A stretch of 64,000 bases of DNA from a virus (lineage: Duplodnaviria; Caudoviricetes). Under the pieces are notes generated by a model, which saw nothing but the letters and a program-made list of their open reading frames with translations, was not told where the DNA came from and ran no database searches. Position numbers and translations under genes: made by a program. Of the stretch, positions 47,088 to 55,921 are shown piece after piece; the stretch's first letter is position 1, and every line of letters starts with the position of its first letter. The DNA is taken from positions 23,496 through 87,495 of IMG/VR virus record IMGVR_UViG_3300038443_000257; one strand, written 5' to 3'.

Positions 47088-47585
47088 TCACTCCCTTTGT
47101 TGTTGTCTCAAAAGTTTCATTTGTTCCATGAAGCCAATCGCCTTTCCAACATGGTCAACTTCATTTTCTTCCACCTCGGGGGTGTACGGTGCAGGACGTT
47201 TAGGGTCGCTTGCACGGCTGTATTCTGCACAATATGCTTCTGACATGCGCTTCAGGAGTTCCCTTTCCCAAAGCGTAATGTCTATTTCGTTCACATCAAT
47301 AAATGCCTTAATTTCAAGCCAAGATAAAGGCGTCAGCCCCATACCGGACTGCAACGCTTGCCCCGAAAGTGAAAAGATCGCGAGCAGATGACTCCACGGG
47401 CCGGGAATCTCCGGTAGTTGAATCTCTGTCGCGATCTCTATCAGGTTGCCATCTTCGTCACGTTGCCCAAGATGCTTACCTTGGGCCATTTCAAAACGGC
47501 TGTATTTTGATTTTTCAGGTGCAGCACCTAAGAACGCAAGCTGTCTTGCGTATAATATAAATTGGGAACTTAGACTTTCAAAAAA
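47088..47585 (-). CDS. tail assembly chaperone, -1 frameshift (gpT-like) segment
   Basis: The -1 frame from the TTTTTTG slippery site is open (FESLSSQFILYARQ...) into the ORF at 47489; PLSWLEIKAF...WERELL motif. Confidence 0.75.
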   Translation of the reverse strand, partial: FFESLSSQFILYARQLAFLGAAPEKSKYSRFEMAQGKHLGQRDEDGNLIEIATEIQLPEIPGPWSHLLAIFSLSGQALQSGMGLTPLSWLEIKAFIDVNEIDITLWERELLKRMSEAYCAEYSRASDPKRPAPYTPEVEENEVDHVGKAIGFMEQMKLLRQQQRE

Positions 47586-47986
47586 GCCGAGGTATCTCCA
47601 ATGGCCTCGTTAACCTGCTTCTTCAGCCAATCATACTGCGGGTTAGAATAAAGCTTACGGAACGCATCTGCGCTATCCACTGGCTCACCGTCCAGTGTAA
47701 GATTATCAATCTTAACCGAAAGGGCAACCAGAAATTCCACACTCTGTTCACGCATCTCGTCAGGTGTAGCTTCACGCTTGCCGCGCTTAGCAGCCTTCTT
47801 CATCATTGCATCAACAGCTTTACGATAGGCTGCACTCGCTTCGCCTTTTACGGTAACCTGAACAGGTTTCGATTCCGGGTCTTCCCCCTTCTCGACTGGT
47901 GCGAAGATTGGCATATCTGTTTTAGGGTTAATCAGTTGGAACGAGGTTTCGTCTGCAAGGGCCAGCGAGTTAAGTTCAAAAGTCAT
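47570..47986 (-). CDS. tail assembly chaperone (gpG-like)
   Basis: 138 aa between tail tube and tape measure; ends GCT TTT TTG AAA GTC TAA. Confidence 0.85.
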   Translation of the reverse strand: MTFELNSLALADETSFQLINPKTDMPIFAPVEKGEDPESKPVQVTVKGEASAAYRKAVDAMMKKAAKRGKREATPDEMREQSVEFLVALSVKIDNLTLDGEPVDSADAFRKLYSNPQYDWLKKQVNEAIGDTSAFLKV

Positions 47987-48007
47987 GGTAGAGTTCCTTT
48001 AGTTATG

Positions 48008-49204
48008 TTATGCTTCTTGTGAAGCTTGGTTGTTAGAGCTATGTTGCTCTTTGGTTTGTTGCGAAATTAATTCTTCGGTGCGGTTTAAGAGGGATGCTAG
48101 GTTTACGTCGTAGAAGGTTTCTTTATATCCGTCAAAGCGTTCAAGAGGTTGTTTATATTGCACCCTAAGTTCCCTAAGCAACTGTGTTTCAATATCTCTA
48201 GGTATTGTCCCATCCTCAAAGTAATATGCCTTAAGAACTTTAAAATCCCTAGTAGATTCCCTTGACACAGATTTGCGACGGACGTTGGGATTCCTATTCG
48301 TTATACCTACTTTTGTCATCTCTCCTTCATGAAGAACATAGAGATACCCCGGCTTTCCTGCTTTGTAACCAGATTGAGTGCACTCTGGGCAGCCTCCGTT
48401 ACTGTCCGGGTGCAAATGAAAATTTGGCGTCACGTTGAACCACTTATCATGTTCGACGCAACGAATTCTAACCTTAAGATCACTCTTGACATATTCCACA
48501 CCTGTGTAGTCAAAAGATTCGCCAAATTTCAACGTTGCGTCTGCTACGAATTTGTCCGTATTGCTGCGGTTCTTAAGCCCACCTGCGATCTTTGCACATT
48601 TGGGGCAACCTGCACCTTTTACGTGTGTAGCAGCCGTAGTTGTGAAACACTCTTCGTGAACCGTGCAATATAATTCAAACTTGGTGTTCTTGATTCCACA
48701 CCACATGGACTCAACATGTTCGTATGAGAACACGCCTTTGTGTTTTTGGTGCGCATCTCTGGAAAATTCAGAAAACCCTATTTGAGAGCCTTTCCCGTTC
48801 CGTTTGTACCCGCAGTCTTTGCACCCTTGCCCCATTAAGTGTGCCTCTGGCATCATTTGGAATACACATCCACAACTATTGCATGTGATGTTTACCTTGA
48901 TGTCCGACCTTACGTATATTACGTCCGTATAATCGTAACTGTTACCGTGTAAAGTAAGGCAGTCGCTTATAAACTTCTCTTGTGTACTCCGATGGTTAAG
49001 TCCGTTCTGTACCCAAGCACATTTTGCGCAACCAGTTCCGCGCATGAACGACCCTGCCTGCACGCTGAAAATTCCGTGCTCATGACATTCGACATCGATT
49101 TTTTCGGTGGTTCTGGTGTAAACTATGTGTTGTAGTCCATAAGTGTTTCCATGCGTGTTAGCACAGCGCACTAAGTATTCTTCTTGTGTCAGCTTCTTAC
49201 CCAT
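48008..49204 (-). CDS. putative homing endonuclease (DUF723-like Zn repeats + GIY-YIG-like domain)
   Basis: Four repeats H/F-G..Y.Y....Y...K..I.C..H...G.GC..C; GYKAGKPGYLY...KVGIT. Confidence 0.75.
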   Translation of the reverse strand: MGKKLTQEEYLVRCANTHGNTYGLQHIVYTRTTEKIDVECHEHGIFSVQAGSFMRGTGCAKCAWVQNGLNHRSTQEKFISDCLTLHGNSYDYTDVIYVRSDIKVNITCNSCGCVFQMMPEAHLMGQGCKDCGYKRNGKGSQIGFSEFSRDAHQKHKGVFSYEHVESMWCGIKNTKFELYCTVHEECFTTTAATHVKGAGCPKCAKIAGGLKNRSNTDKFVADATLKFGESFDYTGVEYVKSDLKVRIRCVEHDKWFNVTPNFHLHPDSNGGCPECTQSGYKAGKPGYLYVLHEGEMTKVGITNRNPNVRRKSVSRESTRDFKVLKAYYFEDGTIPRDIETQLLRELRVQYKQPLERFDGYKETFYDVNLASLLNRTEELISQQTKEQHSSNNQASQEA

Positions 49205-49340
49205 GTGTATCCTCATTCAAATAAGATACACTTAAGGCGGGAATAGGGTATAAGGCCACTATTCCCATAAGTGTTTAAACGTTAAAGGCTCTCGCAAGAA
49301 AGCTCTTAAGGTTTAGAGGGTTTACACCCTCTTACACCAA

Positions 49341-49787
49341 TCAGGTGCCTTCGATCACACTGTTGTCAAGCTCAATGTCTACCGTGGTTTGCAGAATCTG
49401 GTCTGCGTTGCCGACGTTAGTTTGAAGACCTGTAACAATACCTGTAAAGTATGCGCTACCAAGTGTCGCCGGATACGTCACCTTGAACGCATTCGATGTA
49501 CGACCATTAAACGCAGTTTGCAGGGCAGTCATGTCGGTGCCGGTGTGCTTGGCAAGAGTCATGTTAATCGTGCCATAATCGACGCTACCTGCACGCTTAA
49601 TAACAGTCGCAGTGTCCAGCGGAATAAATTTCTGTACGGAAACTTTGCCCCCGAAAACGCCCAGTTGGCTCACCTCTGCGATAGGAATCCAAGTCAAGGC
49701 CGAGAAACCCGTAGAGTCGTATGTCGTAGGCAGCGTTGTCGAGATCGAGATAGTAGTAGTCGCACTTGTAACAACGGTTTGAGTCAT
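49341..49787 (-). CDS. major tail (tube) protein
   Basis: 148 aa Thr-rich; KRAGSVDYG; siphovirus synteny. Confidence 0.8.
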   Translation of the reverse strand: MTQTVVTSATTTISISTTLPTTYDSTGFSALTWIPIAEVSQLGVFGGKVSVQKFIPLDTATVIKRAGSVDYGTINMTLAKHTGTDMTALQTAFNGRTSNAFKVTYPATLGSAYFTGIVTGLQTNVGNADQILQTTVDIELDNSVIEGT

Positions 49788-49849
49788 TTGTATTTCCTTT
49801 AAATTAAATTATCTTTTGCAAAAGATGCTTCATAACCTTGCGGCTATCC

Positions 49850-50257
49850 TTACGAGCTTGATAGCTCTTGTCTATACTGCACCCTCACCACAGCAACTCT
49901 AAAAGCGGCATCCGTCATAGGAGGGCTAATGTTGGCTGGCTGTTCCACACTAAACGTGCTATACTTGGCCTTGTCGTACACAGGAAAGAGTGCTGCAACT
50001 GCGCTTGTAAGCGTATCAAGCTGCTTCATGCCTTTTCCGTCCGGTACACACACCATAACTTGGAACGAGCCATAAACACGCTGTCGCATCGCATCCACAG
50101 TAGCATTTTTAATAGCATTGTTAAGAAACACTACTTGCAAGTACGGCGATCCAACAGGCTTGTTAAACGCTACACCTTCATACGCAACAGAGATTGCAGG
50201 ACTTTGTGCAGCAGCGAAGGCCGCGATAGCTGACTCCACCTCTTGTCTAATGTTCAT
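49850..50257 (-). CDS. tail terminator protein (DUF4128-like)
   Basis: VAYEGVAF.KP...YGSFQV...P.GKG. Confidence 0.75.
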   Translation of the reverse strand: MNIRQEVESAIAAFAAAQSPAISVAYEGVAFNKPVGSPYLQVVFLNNAIKNATVDAMRQRVYGSFQVMVCVPDGKGMKQLDTLTSAVAALFPVYDKAKYSTFSVEQPANISPPMTDAAFRVAVVRVQYRQELSSS

Positions 50258-50697
50258 AGCTCTCCTTTAATCGCTGTGAATGCGCTCTGCACGGGCGCAT
50301 ACACTCTACGCATGCCGGTCCACGTCCAACCGCTGATAGGGTCTTTGCCTGCTTTCCAACCTAGGTATTCCACATTGGCAGCGTAGCTAAGATTGTTAGA
50401 CAGGCTCACAAACCCGTCCTTCTGAAAGAACGCTGTGCTAGGCTTGATAATACTTTCAATTCTTGCTAAGCTGTCGCCGCCATCACTCGTAGCACCTGTG
50501 ATAGATGTGTCGAAGCTATTAACAGCAGGGAACCAGTTGGCAACGAAGTGACCTGCTACATATGGGCCATCACCGACATGAGGGGAATTGTTTACAATGC
50601 GAGTGAACAGGTTGTATGCAACAGCGTTAATCTTGAAGTTAACTTCTGTCTGCACCCGTTGGATGTTCGATCTGAGGGAATCTGCAAAACTTCCCAT
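50254..50697 (-). CDS. tail completion/neck protein (HK97 gp10-like)
   Basis: SP...GHFVANW...LSNNLSYAANVEYLG. Confidence 0.75.
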   Translation of the reverse strand: MGSFADSLRSNIQRVQTEVNFKINAVAYNLFTRIVNNSPHVGDGPYVAGHFVANWFPAVNSFDTSITGATSDGGDSLARIESIIKPSTAFFQKDGFVSLSNNLSYAANVEYLGWKAGKDPISGWTWTGMRRVYAPVQSAFTAIKGEL

Positions 50698-50718
50698 ATA
50701 CCTCCCTTACAGAAAAGA

Positions 50719-50747
50719 ATTATAGCATTGGTGCACTATCTTGTCAA
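50719..50747 (-). promoter_or_regulatory. consensus sigma70 promoter in the structural module
   Basis: Minus strand TTGACA-17-TATAAT with extended -10 TG. Confidence 0.8.
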
Positions 50748-50765
50748 TTTTAATAGCCCAACAGA

Positions 50766-51095
50766 TTATTTTGTGATGTCCTGCTGGTAAACATACGCAC
50801 CTTTACAAAGGGTATGTATGTTTCCATATGTATCTGTCATTTGGATATCATAATAGAAAAACCCCACGCGATCAGCTTGACTGAGTGTAGGAGAAAACTC
50901 CACAACACCGTTGATGGCATCAACAATTGCGCCGTTGATTTGGTACAATTGAGTTGACGTGTCTATTGGATTTTGAGCAGTACTTATAGTAAGTAAGAAA
51001 GAGCATCCAGAAATATTCGTTGCGTCTTGCGTACCAACCGTCGTGATTGTGCAAGTGTCGGGGCGCGTATCCCCCCTAAACCTCATAATTTGCAT
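50766..51095 (-). CDS. BppU-like Ig-fold virion protein
   Basis: RGDT...G.VEF....YYDIQMTD..G...TL..G...DIT. Confidence 0.6.
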   Translation of the reverse strand: MQIMRFRGDTRPDTCTITTVGTQDATNISGCSFLLTISTAQNPIDTSTQLYQINGAIVDAINGVVEFSPTLSQADRVGFFYYDIQMTDTYGNIHTLCKGAYVYQQDITK

Positions 51096-51103
51096 AAGTG
51101 ACC

Positions 51104-52810
51104 TCAGTTAATGTCCGCATGATACTTAACCGTCTGAATGTTGATCAAGTAAGGAGATAGCGTTATGGTGATGTTAAATTTGTCTCCAGAAGCCGTGTAG
51201 TGCAACCCGCCCTCGGTAACTCCGGAAACAGTTGCCTTACCGCCTGAGTTGCCAATAACTGTTGCCACAAACGCTGCAATCGCCTGAACCTGTGCAGCCG
51301 ATACAGAGATGCCACCAGCGCCATAAATGGCAACAGACAGTCCTCCAACGCTGGCGAGCCCCGTTGCCGCACCCGTTGCGCACGCAAGAATTACCCCGCC
51401 AGCGTTCGCTACCGAAGTTCCAAACGAACCTGCATTAGTAGCCATCCGGGCGGCTGCGCTTCCAGTGCTACTAGCTAACCCGGAAGCATTAGCTATCGAG
51501 CTACTTATAGACGCGCCACTTGCGGAAGATGAGGCACTACCAACAGCACTAGCAATGGCGTTATAAAACGCGCTCGCAATAGCTGCTGCATTCGATGTGC
51601 CGATTGCACTTCCATCTGCTGACCCTGACGCTGGAGTTAATGCTGCACCTGTACCAGATACGGATGATGTACCTGCTGATCCCCCAGCCACAGGAAATAG
51701 CGATACGCCGCTTCCTGATCCCACCGCAGTACCTACCGTGTTAGCTTGCACGCTCCAGATCGAGTATGCGTTTCCAGATACCGTTGCAGAACACGAGCTT
51801 GCACCCGTTGTGAGATAGATAGATACACAGTTAGCAGTATTTGAAGTGGTTCCGTATGAGCTTCCACCAGAGTAAAACAAGCTGACAGTAGAGCCTGACA
51901 GCGACCCCGACCCAACAGAACTTCCAGAACTTCCTGCAATTGCCACAGACGCAGCCCCGTTGGTTGCTGCGGCTTGACTGGAGGCGAAGGTGTTAAAAAT
52001 CGCCTGCGCAATTGAGGACAGACTTGATGCTCCAATAGAGCTTCCGTCCGCTGATACGATAGTTGGTCCCGACCCGCCGCTGGCAACTAGAACATCGAGT
52101 GTTTCTTCTTCGTCCGAAGATGTCAGTGCTTGCCACATCGAAGCAGACAGCGCGCGGGCGGATTCCTTGGGAATACCTTTGCTAAACCGTGCATGTGCAA
52201 AGAACGTCGCATTAATCACCCCACCCGTCGCAGTGGCCCCACCGATAAATCCAGTTGGTGTACCGGCAAGTCCGAAGAGGGAGAACGTGCGTGTTACCGA
52301 AAACTTCTCAACACCATCAAGGTATCCACGCCAGTTCGTGCCGTCGTACGTGTAGACGACAACGTGCGGTAGCGTGTCATTGACGACGATGCCGCTGCCC
52401 GTGCGTGGGTCAGTGCCAGTGTATCCCTGAGCGAAAAATTCTACGGTGTTAGCGACGTACCCGTAGATTACGGCCGTTTGGTCGGCACTGGCACCATCCA
52501 TTACAATGTACTTTTGACTCTGCCCGGTCGCATTCAACTGGAACGCAACGGCGACAGTGAATTGGTTTCCTACGCCGATGGTCTTACCCTTGGCGCCCAC
52601 TGTCCACGTGTTGTTACCACCATTCTGAGAAACACCTATACCCTGAGGTGTGACCCGTACGGTGTGGCCCGTACCGGAACGGACAAGTCCAGATGGCCCT
52701 GCGGCCTCAAAATCGGTCGCTTGGAAAACAGTGAAGCTTTCTAGACCAAGATTGCGCCACGCTGGCGAGGCGACAGCACGTCCCTGTGGTTGGTAGCGCA
52801 TCCCCGGCAT
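51104..52810 (-). CDS. LamG/concanavalin-like domain + Ala/Ser/Gly-rich repeat virion protein (fibre candidate)
   Basis: FTVAVAF...PHVVVYTYDGTNWRGYLDG, then long low-complexity A/S/G repeats. Confidence 0.65.
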   Translation of the reverse strand: MPGMRYQPQGRAVASPAWRNLGLESFTVFQATDFEAAGPSGLVRSGTGHTVRVTPQGIGVSQNGGNNTWTVGAKGKTIGVGNQFTVAVAFQLNATGQSQKYIVMDGASADQTAVIYGYVANTVEFFAQGYTGTDPRTGSGIVVNDTLPHVVVYTYDGTNWRGYLDGVEKFSVTRTFSLFGLAGTPTGFIGGATATGGVINATFFAHARFSKGIPKESARALSASMWQALTSSDEEETLDVLVASGGSGPTIVSADGSSIGASSLSSIAQAIFNTFASSQAAATNGAASVAIAGSSGSSVGSGSLSGSTVSLFYSGGSSYGTTSNTANCVSIYLTTGASSCSATVSGNAYSIWSVQANTVGTAVGSGSGVSLFPVAGGSAGTSSVSGTGAALTPASGSADGSAIGTSNAAAIASAFYNAIASAVGSASSSASGASISSSIANASGLASSTGSAAARMATNAGSFGTSVANAGGVILACATGAATGLASVGGLSVAIYGAGGISVSAAQVQAIAAFVATVIGNSGGKATVSGVTEGGLHYTASGDKFNITITLSPYLINIQTVKYHADIN

Positions 52811-52811
52811 G

Positions 52812-53186
52812 TTATACTCCTGTAACAGCTTGCAATGTGGCCTCTACGGTAATAGCATTAGTTATGTTACCATATGCGATAGCTCTAACATACATCACCC
52901 CCCTATCGAGGATAATCGATCCACTGTACGTACTACTTGCAGTAGTATCTCCTCCAACAGAGAAGTAGTCATACCATGTAGTGTTATCTGGAGATACCTG
53001 AAACGTAATCGCTCCGGCTGCAGTTGGAGCCGAGCTTCCGTTCGTGATTCGCCAGTTAAGTTCCCCACCATAGTACGTAGTGCAATCGGTGGCTGTACTA
53101 GTGATGGACGGGGATGTTTTAGTTCCGCCTGCGGTACATGACGTGCCCGCTGCAATAATTGTTTTTAGCGATTTTGTAATGGCCAT
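52812..53186 (-). CDS. virion-associated beta-rich protein
   Basis: 124 aa, QVSPDNTTW...YVRA. Confidence 0.6.
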   Translation of the reverse strand: MAITKSLKTIIAAGTSCTAGGTKTSPSITSTATDCTTYYGGELNWRITNGSSAPTAAGAITFQVSPDNTTWYDYFSVGGDTTASSTYSGSIILDRGVMYVRAIAYGNITNAITVEATLQAVTGV

Positions 53187-53593
53187 TACTTCATACTCCC
53201 GTCAGGATTGAAAAGAATTTCCGCCACTTCTGCCTGTGACACGGGGTCTGGTGTAATGCTCAATGCAATCAGCTTTTCCGCTTGATCTTGCGTCAGAACA
53301 GCAGGCACAAAGCTTTGAAGTGTGTAAATCACCAACGGATCGCTGATAATCAGCCGTCCTTGATCGAGAAGCGGCACTACATATTTGAATCGAGAGTCAT
53401 TGTGCAGAACATCTAGGAGAGTATTAGCTGTTGCCAGATCGTTTAGAACCGAAATAATTGTTCCGTTTCCGATCATAAGATTGCTCGGTTTATTTCGTCC
53501 TGTGCTAACTGCCTCCGCAATTGCATGGCAATCACGGCTGGCAATCAGTTCAGCGGAACACTTTGCAAGAATTTCGTCTTTCGTGATTGCCAT
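53186..53593 (-). CDS. hypothetical protein
   Basis: 135-aa coupled ORF. Confidence 0.65.
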   Translation of the reverse strand: MAITKDEILAKCSAELIASRDCHAIAEAVSTGRNKPSNLMIGNGTIISVLNDLATANTLLDVLHNDSRFKYVVPLLDQGRLIISDPLVIYTLQSFVPAVLTQDQAEKLIALSITPDPVSQAEVAEILFNPDGSMK

Positions 53594-53599
53594 TTTGGA

Positions 53600-54043
53600 T
53601 TAGTCCTCTGTTACCAGGCCCGCAGCCGTAGTGATACGCGGTTGCACTCCGACGTTCATTACGATATTTGGCGACAGCGTACCGCTGTACAGAAGCTTAC
53701 CAGCACCGCTTGACGAGGTTCCGACACCGAAGTGGGTAAGGTTTCCGCCCGGAGATGCTGTGCATTGTCCGAAGTCGCCATTAGCCGTTAGGTTCACAGA
53801 GTTACCTGTCACCGTAAAGCCAGCAGATGAGCGGGCGACAGCGATACGAGCATAGCCGGTGTATGCAGTTTCATTAGTAGCCTGCGTGCCAGTTTCGCCC
53901 GGATCGGCTGTGTGTAGCGACAGGTACAGGCTTCCAGTTGTGCCGCTAGGGAGAAGCCCTGTAGCATCACCAATAAGAGACGTACCTACGTTATTAAAAA
54001 CCAGCTTAAGCAGGTCGTTTTCCCATGTATCGGATTTACTCAT
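53600..54043 (-). CDS. virion structural protein (fibre-associated)
   Basis: LYLSLHTADPGETG...YTGYAR...THFG. Confidence 0.7.
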   Translation of the reverse strand: MSKSDTWENDLLKLVFNNVGTSLIGDATGLLPSGTTGSLYLSLHTADPGETGTQATNETAYTGYARIAVARSSAGFTVTGNSVNLTANGDFGQCTASPGGNLTHFGVGTSSSGAGKLLYSGTLSPNIVMNVGVQPRITTAAGLVTED

Positions 54044-54052
54044 TTCTATTCC

Positions 54053-54448
54053 TTATTCACGAATGTAAAGTTCAAACAACACGCATCCGTCGTTAGACAT
54101 CGAAGGATTAAGTTGTTTGATTGTAATAATCTTGTAAACTTTTCCGTCCACTTTCAAATAATCTTTGTTAGGGGAAAAGTGAGGCAGAGGCAACCCGTCT
54201 TGTGTTTTTTGCGGCGGTTGGATGTAAACTTGTTTGTCGCCAGTTTTTATAAGAGTGCTATTTTCGGTCCCTTCACCCTCATTCTTGCGTACATAATCAA
54301 AAAACATTGCTTTCACAGGGATGTCTTTGAAGGACACAATGTTTTCCGAAGTATCTGTGTTGTACGACTCTGTAAGAGATACCATTACATGCGCTGTGGT
54401 GCCGAACTTAGCCATCATTGACGCTACTGTGCGGTCGAAGGAATTCAT
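54053..54448 (-). CDS. head closure protein
   Basis: 131 aa; IKTGDK; DYLKVDGKVYKI; synteny. Confidence 0.7.
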   Translation of the reverse strand: MNSFDRTVASMMAKFGTTAHVMVSLTESYNTDTSENIVSFKDIPVKAMFFDYVRKNEGEGTENSTLIKTGDKQVYIQPPQKTQDGLPLPHFSPNKDYLKVDGKVYKIITIKQLNPSMSNDGCVLFELYIRE

Positions 54449-54906
54449 TACTGCGGCTCCACGCCACCGTTAGCAACAGGGCCGCTGTATGGATCAAAGG
54501 GACCGGCAGCAATTTGATGCAAACGTTCGTCAGATGTCGGGCGATTCTGTGCGTTAGTGAAGTCCTCTTTGAATTGCAAAATAGGATGGACTTCGTCTGC
54601 ACCTGCAACATAGGGCAATGGGCAAACGCCGTTGAAAGCGGGGTCTCTTAGGACTAAAAGCAGATAGTCTTTGTACTGGTTGTAGACCTGACTCCCATAA
54701 GATGTAATAATACCCATCTTAGCGTCAGAGTCGAAACTGAGTGTAGCAAGGATATATTGCCCACACAGAGCACGTGCAGCTTTAAAATTGTTGTTGTACT
54801 TGTCAAGGGCACTTTGGTAGATGTCATCGTTCAATACGGGCAAATCCCTCCAATCGCCGAGTGCCAACCTAAGTTGTCCTATTAGTGTGGACGGATCAAT
54901 TAACAT
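54448..54906 (-). CDS. head-tail adaptor protein
   Basis: LRLALGD...LNDD; position after the capsid gene. Confidence 0.7.
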   Translation of the reverse strand: MLIDPSTLIGQLRLALGDWRDLPVLNDDIYQSALDKYNNNFKAARALCGQYILATLSFDSDAKMGIITSYGSQVYNQYKDYLLLVLRDPAFNGVCPLPYVAGADEVHPILQFKEDFTNAQNRPTSDERLHQIAAGPFDPYSGPVANGGVEPQ

Positions 54907-55829
54907 AGTTCTTCCTCAATAAGTTCTCTAACACGATTAATTATTCCTTCTCTATCCACACCGTAGAAGCATTCCGTGCTTCCGTCAAACTTCACAGTTA
55001 AAGAGTTGTAATGTTCACACATCTCCTCTAAAATAACTCTTTCAAGAGTCTGCGCCATACAACCTTGTTCAAACCGCCAATACAATACCAGTTCAAAATG
55101 CAAACCTGCTGATTTAGATATTTCAGAAATCCTAGTAATAACATCCCTATTTGTGATTCCAATTTTAGTGATGTCGTCACAACAAGAAATATAAAGATAC
55201 CCTGCCTTATTCGGGTTGTATCCACAAGATATACAGGATGGACAACCAGAACCACTATAGTGATTGTATGGCACTTGCCAAAATAGGCCGTGTTCTTTGC
55301 ACTCAATCTTTATAGGCACTTCGCAGCCTTTATAGATAGCGTGGTCGTAGTTATACTTTTCCCCGTGAATCTGTGCTGCACGCATTTTAAAATGCTCTAA
55401 ATCTGCTGTCCGCATCTTTGACATCAAATCATCCGCACACTTCCTACAGCCTTTACCAGATAAGTGGCAATTTGGTGTCATACTGAACTTACCATGTTGC
55501 TTACAAATTATGTCTACTTTGACAGAAGATTTCTCATATTCCACCACAGAGTAGTCAAACCTATCTCCGTGCAAAGAAACTGCCTTGCGGATAAAAGCTT
55601 CGGTGTTACTTCTGCTGCCCTTACCGATGGATTCGTCTGCGCATTTCCTGCAACCACAACCTTTTAAAAGATTGCCCGGAAGTACCCACGACACACCATG
55701 CTTCTTACAGGAGACTTCTACCTTGACGGAAGAACCCTTGTAGTCTATCCTTGACAAATCCCATACAGGATTTACCTTTTGACGGAGTTTGATTAAAAAC
55801 TCTTCCGGTGTACTGTAACGCCTTCCCAT
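54900..55829 (-). CDS. putative homing endonuclease (DUF723-like Zn repeats + GIY-YIG-like domain)
   Basis: Three Zn repeats then GYNPNKAGYLY...KIGIT; AAGGAG RBS before ATG 55829. Confidence 0.75.
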   Translation of the reverse strand: MGRRYSTPEEFLIKLRQKVNPVWDLSRIDYKGSSVKVEVSCKKHGVSWVLPGNLLKGCGCRKCADESIGKGSRSNTEAFIRKAVSLHGDRFDYSVVEYEKSSVKVDIICKQHGKFSMTPNCHLSGKGCRKCADDLMSKMRTADLEHFKMRAAQIHGEKYNYDHAIYKGCEVPIKIECKEHGLFWQVPYNHYSGSGCPSCISCGYNPNKAGYLYISCCDDITKIGITNRDVITRISEISKSAGLHFELVLYWRFEQGCMAQTLERVILEEMCEHYNSLTVKFDGSTECFYGVDREGIINRVRELIEEELC

Positions 55830-55861
55830 AAATCTCCTTAACATAAGAACCTCAACGTTTT

Positions 55862-55890
55862 ATTATCTCACGAGAAGTTCTTACAGTCAA
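55862..55890 (-). promoter_or_regulatory. sigma70-like promoter after the capsid terminator
   Basis: Minus strand TTGACT-17-GATAAT. Confidence 0.55.
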
Positions 55891-55896
55891 GAGACT

Positions 55897-55916
55897 AAAG
55901 CCCTCCGAAGAGGGCT
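55897..55916 (-). terminator. terminator after the major capsid gene
   Basis: AGCCCTC-TTCG-GAGGGCT-TT. Confidence 0.75.
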
Positions 55917-55921
55917 AATAT

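Noticed and set aside
51150-52060. Ala/Ser/Gly repeats as a nucleotide tandem repeat or contingency locus
   Set aside because: The periodicity is only at protein level; the DNA copies are highly diverged.
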